This document shows positions 1-11,735 of a DNA stretch of 64,000 nucleotides, piece by piece; positions within the stretch are counted from its first letter, which is position 1, and each line of letters starts with the position of its first letter. Source of the DNA: Macrostomum lignano (Eukaryota); contig NIVC01000032.1 of NCBI GenBank assembly GCA_002269645.1, positions 1,116,001-1,180,000 on the forward strand. The letters are read 5' to 3'. The notes beneath the pieces were generated by a model. It had not been told where the DNA came from, ran no database searches, and saw nothing but the letters and a program-made list of their open reading frames with translations. A program made the position numbers and the translations under genes.

Positions 1-779
1 CATCTGTGGTCTGCTGGAAATCGATTCACGATGGACCTCGGAAGAAATGACAGGACTTAGTGGAATTCTTTCATCCAGCATTCACCAAATTCTCACAGAG
101 AACTTGGGGTCGCCGGTATAAACGAGCTCTTCAACGAGATCGTCCGACTTCTGAAACACCTGAGTGATTCGGGTGCAGACGGCGTTCAGAAGTTGGCCGA
201 GCGGTAGGAACGAGCCATCGCATTCATTGGATCCTATTTTGAATCCCTGTGAAAAATAAACTGTTTGTTGTGATATCAGTCCAAACTGCAACACGATTTC
301 ACGAACTTTTGTTGTGGCCATCGAAGCCCTCGAAACAGCTAGAGGTTGCTGCACGGACTTCGTTAGTACCGACTGCTTGGAAGCACAAAGGATTTGGTTT
401 TTTGTCGAGACCAGAGTTCCGTATATTCCGTATATTCAGCTTGCTTTTGTTTCGACACGTTTTGAAAAAGCAAAATAGCTTTTTCAAGCCAGCTATTCGT
501 GCTATCTTCGGTCTATTGTCTATTGAAGAGGTTATTTTTCGGTGACACCCGTGCGTCGCATTTTAGTCACAGAAAGCATAGATTAGTCAAAAACAGAATT
601 GCATTGTGCATCATGGATGTCTTACACTGCATGGTAGTCCTGGACGAGAAATTGGCTCGAAAGAAGCATTTCTTATTCGGCGATTTTAGACTTCAGTGAA
701 ATTTATGCATTTGCTTACAACAACTATGAACAGCATATTTTCTACATGTAGTTTGGTCTGTCCGTTGACTAACGTTTGT

Positions 780-1190
780 ACTAACTACGTACAATTGCAT
801 ATTCCTGTGCCTAAACACCAGTAAAATTCTTAGCTGACTGTGTTAAAATATTTGTACCAGATATGATAAAATAGATTCATAAAAAACAGAGTCGAGCTGT
901 GTCATGCATTTTTATGATTTTAGGTACAGGTAATGTACGTAACAAAAATTGACATAAAATTCTAATTTTCTAAACAAAAAGCTTTATAGAGCTATAAGAC
1001 AGGCACAAAATATCAAAATATGGACACTGGGTCTGCATCCTATCGAAAGCAATTTTAGTGTTGCCAAGTTTAGTGTTGAAAAAATGAAAAATTTCTATCT
1101 CCGTAAGTCTATTTTCGGCGAAACCAGCCTCATAAACATTTTCTAAGAAAAGTTTTGGTTTCCCGTCCTTCATCTTGAGTAGTCTTTGGC
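780..1190. repeat. Dispersed degenerate repeat (likely old transposon fragment), related to 31960-32375
   Basis: Shares blocks such as attcttagctNactgtgt, atgataaaatRgattcata, tttttatgattt(t)taggtacagg and cctatcgaaagcaat with 31960-32375; stops in all frames. Confidence 0.6.
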
Positions 1191-1199
1191 ACGGACCAT

Positions 1200-3250
1200 A
1201 GAGAAAGAGATAAAAGTTGTGGTAAATTGTTTCAATAACTTTGTAATAGACAATGATTAAATTTATTACATTCGCGGCGTTGCCATCGGCAATTTAATCC
1301 CCGGCATGGCCCAGCCAATAGTCTATGGCCGTCATTTAACTGGGCGGGCCAAGAAACAAGTAATTTCTTAGACCGGGCCATTAAACGGCCTTTGGAAAAT
1401 TTCAAATTAAGGATAAGTATAACTTAATATATATTGGTTTATTATCGAATAACGCAAATCATACTGAACTGTTTTTAATAAACATGGCAAAACAACAAGA
1501 CCTCAACAGCTGGCAGATATACTCGTACCTCACAAGAATTGTTGCATGAAACTCTCAACAAGTCTACACGATATTCATTAGTCGAAATAGATCACTATCT
1601 TGTTGTTGACTCCGTCAGCTTCTATTCTCATTCTCTTGCTTTTCGGTTCCGGAACAGAAATTCCAAACTTCTCTAGCGCGACGACAGCCGTTTCCTTGGC
1701 GTCAGGAGCCACCGGAGGCATCTCTGGACCGTCAGCAACCAGAGGCACAGCCAGAGCCGTTACGCGGTGTATCATTCACCTTCGTGGGTTCTCACTTCAA
1801 ATACAAAAAAACTTGAGCAGGTAGTTCAGAACGCCTTTGCTCATTTCTTCGCAACTCTTAATCACCATCAAGGCAGTTGAGGCTTCGCCTTGGCCAAGAA
1901 ACGTTTTTGGGGGGCGCGAGCTCGTATTATCTTATGCTTCAAGTACATTGTCTCATAAAGTTTTTTAGTAGCTTTAAAGAATTAATGATTTCGAAGCGTT
2001 GGATAATGAATCAATACACTGTAGAGGCTTATCCATTCATAAAATGCTACTGTAAGTAGAACAATGCAAAGATGCGCAGCAACTTAAACTATGAATCAAG
2101 TTGTTACTATTTATAACAAAAAATGAATCATTTTACTATTTATAAAAACCTTTTCCTGTGAAGCCGCGAAGCCGACTTCAGAATTCAAGGAGAGAACTCC
2201 GGAAGAAACAACTTCAAGAAGACGAGCTCAAATAATATGCCCGATAAAGAAGAGGAGCCCGCAACAGTAAGTGATCACTAAGTTCTGTTCCCAGACTTGA
2301 AGTCTGGGAGTGGAATCGCTTTCGAGTAACTGATCAACAGTCTTAAACTTTTCAAAAATTAGAAAATCTCGCCATTGTACTTTGTGCTTGTTGTCCTTGT
2401 GCTTCCGAGGACAACCGAAATAAACGTACTTAGAATTGGGATCATTCCAGCGCAGATGTTTCTCAGCAGAGTTTGTCTATGGACGAAACCCCATTCAGTA
2501 GTTTCTAAATGATTAGATATGTTTGCAAATGAGTATACATTTGTCCGCCGTCCGCCTGTCTATGGTCAAAGTGTTGTATAGCCAAAGACTTGGGCTTTCC
2601 AGTTGTATTTGCAAAGATAAAGTGCCAGGACTACACGATCAATGTTTCAAACAGCCAGCGATGTCGCGAGATCAATAATACATTGTACAGATAATTTATC
2701 AACTACTCTACCGAAAGTGGCAGTTTACGCAAAAGAAAAGAATACTGTTAATATAGTTAGCATTTACGTTACACCATACTTATAGTAGAAATACCAGCGG
2801 AACAAAGATAATATTAAATTAAGCGTCAATTTACGACACAACACAGATTTAAGCATGCGTAAAATTGGATAATTAGTGTACGTCGGTTGAAGGAACAAAA
2901 ATGAAGTGTTATCTATAATTCTCATGTTCCTAATTGTCTCTAGCACGTGCCAGTGAGTACTTTAAGTACGATCGTAGACGCCCATTTATTTCTATGACGA
3001 ATTGTCCGTCAGTTTTCCCACAATCTATTTTTTTCTGATTTTTTCATGTGCGTCATGCAGAGAGCGGTCTGATTCGATGTCCAAGTAGCTGCAGAAACCC
3101 GATGTAATTCTTTTATAAATGCACCTCGGCGTTTAGGTTTTTTTCTCATCAGCCAGTCTATATAGTAATATATTCCCAAAGAAAGAAGCACTTTTACTCA
3201 TCTCGTCCAATCACAATGACGCGGTGTCTCCTTGGGTGGGCCTTGAATGT
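1200..3250 (-). mobile_element. Degenerate DNA-transposon remnant, possibly Mutator/MULE-like
   Basis: Broken minus-strand frames include NHLE..EW and IPILSTFISVV, loosely like the MULE C-terminal RTNNxLExWH...HPxxxxFI region; many stops. Weak resemblance only. Confidence 0.25.
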
Positions 3251-3361
3251 TTTTAGATGCCGTCAGATATACATCTAAGTAGACAACAGCGTATATCTAA
3301 CATCAAGTGCGTATACGATAGACCAAACGCATCCAAACTTCTTAAAAGAATCTCAGTATCT

Positions 3362-3365
<4 letters not shown>

Positions 3366-3421
<56 letters not shown>
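3366..3421 (+). repeat. (GA)n microsatellite
   Basis: Near-pure GAGA run of about 55 bp. Confidence 0.95.
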
Positions 3422-3423
<2 letters not shown>

Positions 3424-3873
3424 ACAGGAGGGCACCTCCAATCTCAGGCACTGACTCGGTAAAAAGGACTGATGAAAGTCAATTTAATTGCATTGCCGAT
3501 AATTCGAATATTGTATATTCTTCTAGTTTCTTTATTCAAGAGAAAGAAATTAGAACAAAAAAGCTGATATTAATTATGGGCGTCAGCTAAGAAGATTTCA
3601 ACAATTATGTAATCTGGTCTGCTATTCACGGACAAAGAACTTCCCGCCATCAACGCCAACCAGCTCATGCGGCAGAACCGGTAACTTCAGCAGATAGCAG
3701 TCGACTAGGTGGAACAGGGCAGCCTGGCAGTTTCCATCGCAACGAGCCAAGGATGGAGTTCTTAGTTGACTGTACGATGCGGATGCGGAAGATGGGCTCG
3801 CCAGAGGTGATCACGTTTCAAGGTAGACGCGCTCAGCTGTTATGAACTTGATTCCATTCACCGCTTGCCTCTT

Positions 3874-4201
3874 TTACAAGAAGAAGCTAATTTTAGCTCC
3901 ATCCTTCTCCAGAGTAGCTATTGGGTTGCGCGACGGGCCAGGCTCATTGTACTCCGTCTGGCGGTGCTCCATCGAAACCACCTTCGACATCTTCGACTCT
4001 GAGTGCAATGCTTCCGTGAGACTGCGAGAAACCTGGATCTTTTTCTCAGAGATGCGCTTGGTGTATCGATTGACGGATTCATCGCGGCGATGACCTACAA
4101 AAAATCTGTTTCTTTAGAGTGATGCTATAATCTATAACTTAGCACACTACAAAAACAACTGAACACTGACCTGTTACAGCCTTGATTTCATCCATAGAGT
4201 G
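3874..4201 (-). mobile_element. Crypton-type tyrosine recombinase (DUF3504-like) C-terminal remnant with a 76-nt intron
   Basis: Splicing 4201-4171 to 4094-3874 (intron 4170-4095, GTCAGT...TTGTAG) gives HSMDEIKAVTG-HRRDESVNRYTKRISEKKIQVSRSLTEAL...*, matching the Crypton TGH..S...Y catalytic tail. The upstream frame is closed. Confidence 0.6.
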
Positions 4202-4540
4202 TCAAGTCCGGAGATATCTTCAGTCGCAATTCTTGACAAATTGATCATTTTTCTCTAGCTCAGCAGGTTGACAAAAAACGAAGTTAAATTCAGAATGAAA
4301 AGAATTCTGATATCCACTACTTAACTGTAGTCAGACTCTGGTTGATTTTGTCTGGTTAAAATGTGGGGGCGAAGCCCCCCACCCCAGTTTTTGCACTCAG
4401 CCACGCTGCGGGCAGAAACAACGATTCGGCCCGGGATTATAGTCAATGGTAAAGATGGTATATCGAAAACTGCATACTTTGCTTAGCCCTGCATCTAGGA
4501 GCGGGCCGAAATGAAGTGATGCGGCCCGCGAAGTATGACA

Positions 4541-4656
4541 CAATAGAAATATGTCTATGCTTCCTAGGGCCGAAACGGCACAATCCTCGGGCTGCCGCGC
4601 AGCCCTCGTATTTGTGCCGTTTCGGCCCTAGGAAGCATAGACATATCTATATATTG
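4541..4656. repeat. Long palindrome/hairpin with 35-bp perfect arms and inner stem
   Basis: 4549-4583 (ATATGTCTATGCTTCCTAGGGCCGAAACGGCACAA) is the exact reverse complement of 4612-4646; the loop contains GGGCTGC-CGC-GCAGCCC. Confidence 0.95.
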
Positions 4657-4968
4657 CGTCGCTGTCAGCAGCAACGCCCTGACTGCCGTACGAGTTTCCG
4701 CAGAAGCAGTTGGTACCGAACTGGGTGCCGAAGTACTTGAAGTTTCCCAGTTCGCAGATCTGGCTACACAGCTGCAGGGTCAAATCAGCTCTAACGACGC
4801 CTCTTTAGGTGCCATCTACAATGTAGGGCTCGATTGAGAACATGCCTTCCAGGCGTCGAGGTCCCTGCCACTTTTCGTGTTGTCCACGTAGCAACCGATT
4901 AGACCGAATTCCGCAGCCAAGCAGAGTCGAAAGCACAGAATCATTAGTAGAGGGCCTACAAGATACAT
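4630..4968 (-). pseudogene. Secreted WSC-domain protein pseudogene
   Basis: Signal peptide MYLVGPLLMILCFRLCLAA, then IGCYVD...RDL; frameshift near 4856; in-frame TAA at 4805-4807; then LTLQLCSQICELGNFKYFGTQFGTNCFCGNSYGSQG (WSC core), ending at the 4541-4656 hairpin. Confidence 0.8.
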
Positions 4969-5000
4969 TTTCGATGGCTTCACTTGCGAGGCGTTTGATC

Positions 5001-5026
5001 GAGAGAGAGAGAGAGAGAGAGAGAGA
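5001..5026 (+). repeat. (GA)n microsatellite
   Basis: Short pure GA run. Confidence 0.9.
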
Positions 5027-5473
5027 TCATTTGTTTGTGATACCTGAGGCCTAAGCTTACGAGCGTATCGCATTTGTATCGTTTTATCGGCAGCAGCTCT
5101 TGCTTTCGAGCGTGAAGCATGAAGGAGAAAGCTGACTAAAAATTATTCAGGATATTTTTAAATGAATGCGTCATTTCGAATCGAGATAGCTACGATTAAT
5201 AATGATGCAGCAGACGGTCCCCATTGTTAAAAGCGTTGCTTAGCAACCATGAGCCGCAGTGAGGCGGTGGCGAAGTGTTTGTGTCTTTGCTTAAAAAACG
5301 GTTTTACTGAAATATCCTCTGAGGCGTTCGCTTATGAATGATACCCTTCATTTTTTATATTTCATTGTTGCTCTCAACAGGCTGCCTGTCTCGATTCAAC
5401 GCATGCATCTCTGGTGTCTGAATATACTCGTATGCTTTTTTAAACTCGCATCTACAGTAATACATTACCTCAG

Positions 5474-5965
5474 CAAAATCTGAGGCAGTCTCAGTCGGAT
5501 TGACGGCTCAGTGCGCTTGGCTGCACCGACGTTTTCGCCCTGCTCTCCTCGACCGTCTGAGGGCGCCCAGCGACAGCTCGGAAAGCTACAGTTGCTGTTA
5601 CGGCGAGTGTCGGCCTGGTGATCAACACGCCGAATACTATACCGTCGTGCTCTGTGTACCAGGCGACATCGAGGCTGCAATTTTCTGCCGAGGCGCTTAC
5701 GGACTGGATCGAACTTCCGCAATGTCAACAGTTTGTCTACCTTGCTTGCCAGTTTGGTTTCCATGTGGATCTGCGGCGTCACAGTAGGCCTGCCCTGCCA
5801 GGGAGGCCAAGACAGCCCTGCTTTATATCGTCGAGAGATGGATGTCCGACAGACTCGCTCGAACAACAGGTTGACACCTGCGACGAGCGAGTGGCGACTC
5901 GGGGGTTGATGGTAGAGGGCCGATCGATCAATAAATCGGTTTGGAGTCGAAGGAGCACAAGTTAG
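5474..5965 (+). other. Coding-like Cys-rich segment, possibly a disrupted exon of an extracellular protein
   Basis: GC-richer than its flanks, acceptor cctcag at 5473, overlapping ORFs 5500-5787 and 5618-5965; QCQQFVYLAC and SSRDG loosely recall the CASPR/neurexin-IV fibrinogen-like insert. Not confidently assigned. Confidence 0.25.
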
Positions 5966-7102
5966 AGGAAGAAGTGTCTCAATTCCAATAGTCTTGTAAG
6001 TGTAAGTGTGCAAAACCCTGCAGCAGCGATAGTCTATGGGCTGGCTAGTCGGGTCATGGGGTGGCTGGAAAAGATCATATATACACTTAAACCACTTAAT
6101 TAAGAAATTTCTCGAGTCACGAAGGAAGAGAAGAGAGAATCTAGCTTATTTAGATACATACAATAATCCTTGCAATATGTCCGGGAAAGTGATCGATTAA
6201 ATACCGCAAAATAAAATCTATGTCAATAGCCTCCATGAAAGTGAGCTCTAAAGTGGTTTAACAGTAGATATTTGTTTATGAAACCAACTTTTAGCAGACT
6301 TTTAAATATCCGCGGTCATCTATATGTAGCTCCTGCTAACTGCTAGCTAACCAGTGCTTCATGAAATCGGTTCCGGGTTTCGGGGTTGAGACTTTCGCAT
6401 GTTGAGACAAAGTATTAATATTATTTTCTGTGTCAGCCATAGACATTCTGGGGAACTCTCGCTTTACAGGTATGGGTTTGAAGCCAGCAAACCGCTAGCT
6501 GAAAAATACGCAAGCGCATCAGAGCCATGGATGAAGGAATAGAACTATCCATGATTAGAGAGCCAAAAGATCGTATTGAGTTTCGAACTCGCAGTAGTTT
6601 TTGTCTCGACTTCAATTTGGTCCAAAAAGAAGGGGAGAACACAACAGATTTAGGCTATGAAAAAGCACGAGGTGTCGAATGCTTCGAATGGTCGGCGTAA
6701 CTTAAATTTGCTTAACTTTTCAATAATAATAAATTTATTGCACAATAAATCAATAAATCAAATAAGTCAATAAGAAAAGAAAAATCAAAATACTGCGCTG
6801 GAAGTACATACCATCTAAATGTGCATTTAATTGTCAACAGAATACGAAACTGTAATTAATCTACATATTGCAAGCCAAAATTCGCATATTTTTAGCGAGT
6901 GTTGCAAAGATTAAATGTGCCAACTTTCGCTGGAAGCCACGGTTTTCTCGGCGAGATGCTTCAACAAGATAGAATTAATATCGCACTTACTTAGTTTTGT
7001 ATAGCAATGAATTGATAAATACGCTGGCATCACACCTAAGAAACTTCCAAATTTTTAAATGAAGCAAGAAGCATGTGCGCTGCCCCGGGTGGACTAATTA
7101 GT

Positions 7103-7690
7103 TCATCTCCGACACTTCATATAATATATCCGACGATTCATATCCCCGACACTTCATATCCCCGACACTTCATATCTCCGACACTTCATATCTCCGACAC
7201 TTCATATCCCCGACACTTCATATCTCCGACACTTCATGTCTCCGACACTTCATATCTCCGACACTTCATATCCCCGACACTTCATATCCCCGACACTTCA
7301 AATCTCCGACACTTCATATCTCCGACACTTCATAACTCCGACACTTTATGTCTCCGACACTTCATATCCCCGACACTTCAAATCTCCGACACTTCATATC
7401 TCCGACGCTTCATATCTCCGACACTTCATATCTCCGACACTTCATATCTCCGACACTTCATATCTCCGACACCTCGTATCCCCGACACTCATTTCTCCGA
7501 CACTTCATATAACATATCCGACAATTCATATCCCCGACACTTCATATCTCCGACACTTCATATCTCCGACACTTCATATCTCCGACACTTCATATCTCCG
7601 ACACTTAATATCCCCGATACTTCATATCTCCGACACTTAATATCCCCGATACTTCATATCTCCGACACTTCATAACCTCCGACACTTCAG
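7103..7690 (+). repeat. 16-bp minisatellite (CCGACACTTCATATCT)n, about 35 units
   Basis: Direct tandem units; explains the spurious ORFs 7073-7675 and 7236-7640. Confidence 0.95.
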
Positions 7691-7884
7691 TTTAGCATAA
7701 GTCCGACACAAATTCATTTTGATGCGAACATCAGGTTACAGTAAAACTTGCATGATTTGCCAGCGTATAGCGTTATTCTACATTAACTTACAGTTGTTCA
7801 TTGTGACAGTAACACTGGAATACATCTAAATCAGTTAAATCTGTGACTTTTGACAAGCAGTTTCGCCAGTTAGCCAGAAAAATA

Positions 7885-9410
7885 TTAGTTTGGCGTGGGA
7901 ACCAATGCCATTCTCGGTACTCGAACGTTCTCATCGCATTGGCAAGCCGGCCGCTCTCCGCTTCTAGAAGCGACAATCGCGCGAGCTCGCTTCGCGAATC
8001 GGACAGCCGCCACCACCGCTTGAGTTTGAAGCGACTGGTGCAGCAGTTGAACACCGCGAAATATGCCTTCGTGTCGAGGCAATCCGTAGTCAGTGACGCC
8101 AGGGCCGCTGCTATCGACGTTCGCGTCGTCGCTGCCTTTGGCATGAAAAGTCATTGCTCCAGGACCGTCGGGGGAGCCGTTGGTAAACTTACCGGCAAAG
8201 CTGATGCAGCCAACTGTGGTGACTTTGTTGCTGCCTTTTCCTGTCAATGGAATCAGGCAAAGACGTTTTGACTATGTAATAAAAAAATAACCGAAAGCAA
8301 GCTCATAAATGATAATTTTATAGCGCAACGCCTTCGATGACACCATCTCACAACCACATAGGTGGTGTACAGCGACCCTGACTTTCCAGTCGCTCTCTGT
8401 CCTGCTAATCGCGGGACCACCCCCACTCGGGCCAATCTTCTTGCACAAAATTAGCCCCAAATGAATGCGGCCGCGCAGGGACTCACGACTTGAAGGTCAG
8501 GGGTTCGATTCCCAATCCCACTGGAACAATTTGTGTCCTTGAGCAAGACACTTAACTCTGCATTGCTTCAGCTCACCCAGCTGTAAAATGGGTGCCAGCA
8601 TTAGCTGGGGTAATTGAGGGTGTGTGGCGACCCCCCAGTCCTTGGACTGAGCAGCCGTACGCAGCCTTCAGATGCGCCACGCAATAGCTGCGGCTGAGCT
8701 GTCGGCTGCACATCTGGCCGAATTGGGGCAGGTGTAATCAATTACGAGTATTATTATTATTATTATTATGTCTTGCAAAATCTTAAACATAGGCATTTGA
8801 AAAAATCATGTCCGTACAGCAATCTGATGTCGGTGACGTCGGCCGAAGTTCCCTATGTCTATCGACGTTGCTGACGTATATGTACTTTTACATTACACCA
8901 ACGTTTAGCCAACATACAACGTCGTTTTCCGTAGTTATCCGTCGGTGTAATGTAAGTACACATTTTTTCAGTGACGTCGATAGACGTAGGGAACGTCGGC
9001 CGACATCGCCGATGTCCGATTGCTGTGCATGTGCGCGGGATGCGGGGCAAAAGTTACATCTCTGATTTCGAGCCCCTAAACTGACCTTTTCCAATCTCCA
9101 TGCAGTCCATCTGACCGAATCCGTCGATCCGACCTCGACAAATCTGGCCATAGTAGACGTAGCTTGACGTTGCTAAGCAACCAAGGCCGTTCGGCATGCC
9201 GTTGGACCATTCGCCGTGGTAGAAAATTTTCCCATTTGTGAAGCAGCCGAAACCGTCTTTTAGAAGGCATTGTTCGGAGCGGTCACCTGTGTAGACGAAG
9301 CCTCTAGAATCTGGCTGGCTAAGCATTGGCTGCAAATTTTCTGCATTTGCTTCTTCATCAGAGTTGCTCGGGTTTTTTCGATTCGAATTGGCACTGATGG
9401 CGCTCATCAT
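7885..9410 (-). CDS. MORN-repeat protein, MORN4/retinophilin-like; exons 9410-9086 and 8240-7885 (226 aa)
   Basis: Four MORN-like repeats (VYTGD, FYHGEWSNGMPNGLG, YYGQICRGRIDGFG, SFAGKFTNGSPDGPG) and C-terminal GLPRHEGIF...VVAAVRFAKRAR resembling MORN4 GIPRNEGLF...; phase-1 intron GTCAGT...TTGACAG keeps the frame. Confidence 0.7.
8479..8769 (+). mobile_element. tRNA-derived SINE, family 1 (5'-truncated), in the MORN gene intron
   Basis: B-box GGTTCGATTCC, central GTGTCCTTGAGCAAGACACTTAAC...CCCAGCTGTAAAATGGG (CORE/Meta-like), (TTA)n tail; homologous to 27452-27719 and 60578-60757. Confidence 0.85.
8816..9026. mobile_element. Palindromic MITE with about 60-bp imperfect terminal inverted repeats
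   Basis: ACAGCAATCTGATGTCGGTGACGTCGGCCGAAGTTCCCTATGTCTATCGACG pairs with the reverse complement of about 8968-9026; inner IR TACATTACACC/GGTGTAATGTA. Confidence 0.8.
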
Positions 9411-11735
9411 AGTGTGGTCTTTGACAAATGTTTTGCATGCAATAAATAGAGTTATAGAAGATATTTTTATGGAGTTATAGGATTTAAAAATGATCGATAC
9501 ATAAAAAAAGTCATGTTTATACTCCTGTTACAATTACTATCACCCGCTTTTTGTGTTGCGAGATATTGTAAGTTAGGGCTCGATATTAAGAATTCTTCAT
9601 ATGGTCGGCCGTCTGTAGCTACTCAAACCTTGGCTACGCCACTATTTTGTGGGAAAGCCTGTAAAAATTCAATTTAACAAAACATGGCATTTAGTAAAGA
9701 GGAATATCAAACGGACTAATTGCTTTGGGCTGGAATAGATAAATATTCCAGTGCTTAAGCTTCTCATATCCTAACACCCAATTGTTATTTTTGATCGATT
9801 GAACAAGATCAGGTATAAGCTTCTTTGTTGTTGATTGATTCAGATCAGTTGATTATAAAGAATGGGTTTAGAGTTTTAAAATCAATAAACAAAGCATTTA
9901 TGAGAGAGATGCAAACTCAATTGGCATGGCTACAAAATAATTTACTAACAGATAGATAAGGTACATGTATCACAGAAAGCTTAAATAACTAAGTAGTCTG
10001 AGCGGCAAAGCGCGTCTGGCTCTCAAATTCTAAAGTTCATATAGACATTAGTTCTGTTCTGTTGGCAATGGAAATTTCGCTTGGTCTTCCTCCAAAAATT
10101 ATTTTTCTGCGTCTCCAACAAAAGAGATGATAGCACCCCGTTCTTAGTTCGATTCCGCACGTGGTAGCATTAATGTGAGGATGGAAGGCTTGAGGACCAA
10201 AACCTTGAAGAACAATTTATAGTCGTTTTTATTGCTCAGCTCTGAGGTGCTATTTTGATGCAGAGCTTCATCTAGAGAAGAAAAATACAGACAGAATTGC
10301 TGAATCTGAACTAAGCCTATTATAGGAACTATTTTAATTGCTACTAAGATAGAAATAAATTCTGATATTTTGGCGAATTTGTTTTAAACCTTTGTAATTC
10401 AGTAATTGGTTTGATGTGTGTTTAACGTGTGACGTCTGCTTGTTTTCACACAAATACCTAAAACAAGCGATTTTTATACCAAGGGAGATTGCCATGTAGT
10501 AATTGACAGCATTTTTCGTTTCTCTAATTGTACAAGTAATAAAATGATCTAGTAATGTATAGGATTTGGACGGTGTCCACACTTTATTATAGCAATTAAA
10601 AATAAAAACTTGGTCATGCTTTGAAAAGCTGATAAATTTGAGTCACAAGAAACATAGAATAAATTATTTGTAAAGCAAAGTTAATTATTTTTAAATTATT
10701 TTAAAATAGTTTTTTTGGACAAATTTGCTTTTATATTATAATTTATCTTTAAGATTTAGTAACAGTGTTTTAATGATACATTTTTGAAATTTTTTAAACG
10801 CTACTCGGTTGCATGAACGGCGCCTTGAACGAAGTCTATTTAACGGTAAATTTTTCATCAGGACTAGGCCTAGGCCTACTAAAGTTTCTTCAGTTATTTT
10901 AAGAGCTGCGCTTTTCTAGAACCAGAATCACATGAGATAAGTAGATTTACTTCCCTATTCTAAGCCTATGCTGTATTTTCAGATAAAATATTATATTGCA
11001 TTTCTAAAAATAGCATCCATTCATCAAAGAGCAAAGACCAAAATAAAAAAGTAGGCCTGCCAAAAATAGGCCAATGATGTCAATTTTATAAAGGCCTTCG
11101 AATCCAGGTCTAGGCCTATTGAATGCTCCAAAGAATGCTAATATTAAAAGAGGGACCATGCAGATGCAGACCCCTTAAGTCTTACAAATTTTAAAATTTA
11201 AATTAATAGGCAAAAATATAATAAAAACCAATAACATATAGGCATAGGCCTAGCCTAGGCCATTTAGGCTAACTAACTACTTGCTATTGCAAGAAATGTT
11301 TCTTTAAAGGGCTATATATACAGTTATGCATTTTCACCCATTTGCATTTTTATGCATTTTCAAAGTTAGGCTTAGTAAGTTAGTATAGGCATACCGTACC
11401 CCACAACACAGTCAGAAAGGTAGTAGATTTCATGCAAAATTGCCACACACACAAATAAATTTTCTGGTGCACATAGTGCGCAGTCAATAGTAAAATCTTA
11501 GTTTATACTTAAAATATGATGTGTAAGCCTATAAGGTGTGCTTATATGCTTGTATGCTTGCATACTTGCATGCTTCAGCTTGGTGCATAATGCATAGTTG
11601 AAAATTTGATTGGGGATTTGTTGTAGTGCACATGGCGCAACTTCCTGACTATGGAGTATACCTAAATAAAAAACTATTTTGTTATTATTTATTTTAATTA
11701 GAATATCTAGCATCCTAGGTCTTGTCTAGGCTTAT

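Noticed and set aside
5235-5247. GTTGCTTAGCAAC as an RFX X-box
   Set aside because: A near-identical 13-mer (GTTGCTAAGCAAC) occurs inside coding sequence at 9169 and many times in the nucleolin VAKQ repeats; no ciliary gene is confidently linked.
6433-6642. 69-aa minus-strand ORF
   Set aside because: No recognisable motif or splice context.
7073-7675. 200-aa and 134-aa ORFs with SPTLHISDTSYLRHFI repeats
   Set aside because: Translation of the 16-bp satellite (3 units = 16 aa); no coding evidence.
8253-8460. Extra MORN-like exon (ESDWK...)
   Set aside because: Needs frameshifts to resemble MORN; the two-exon model is in frame without it.
10860-11270. Cluster of AGGCCT/TAGGCCTA motifs
   Set aside because: Short self-complementary low-information motif without periodicity or defined ends.
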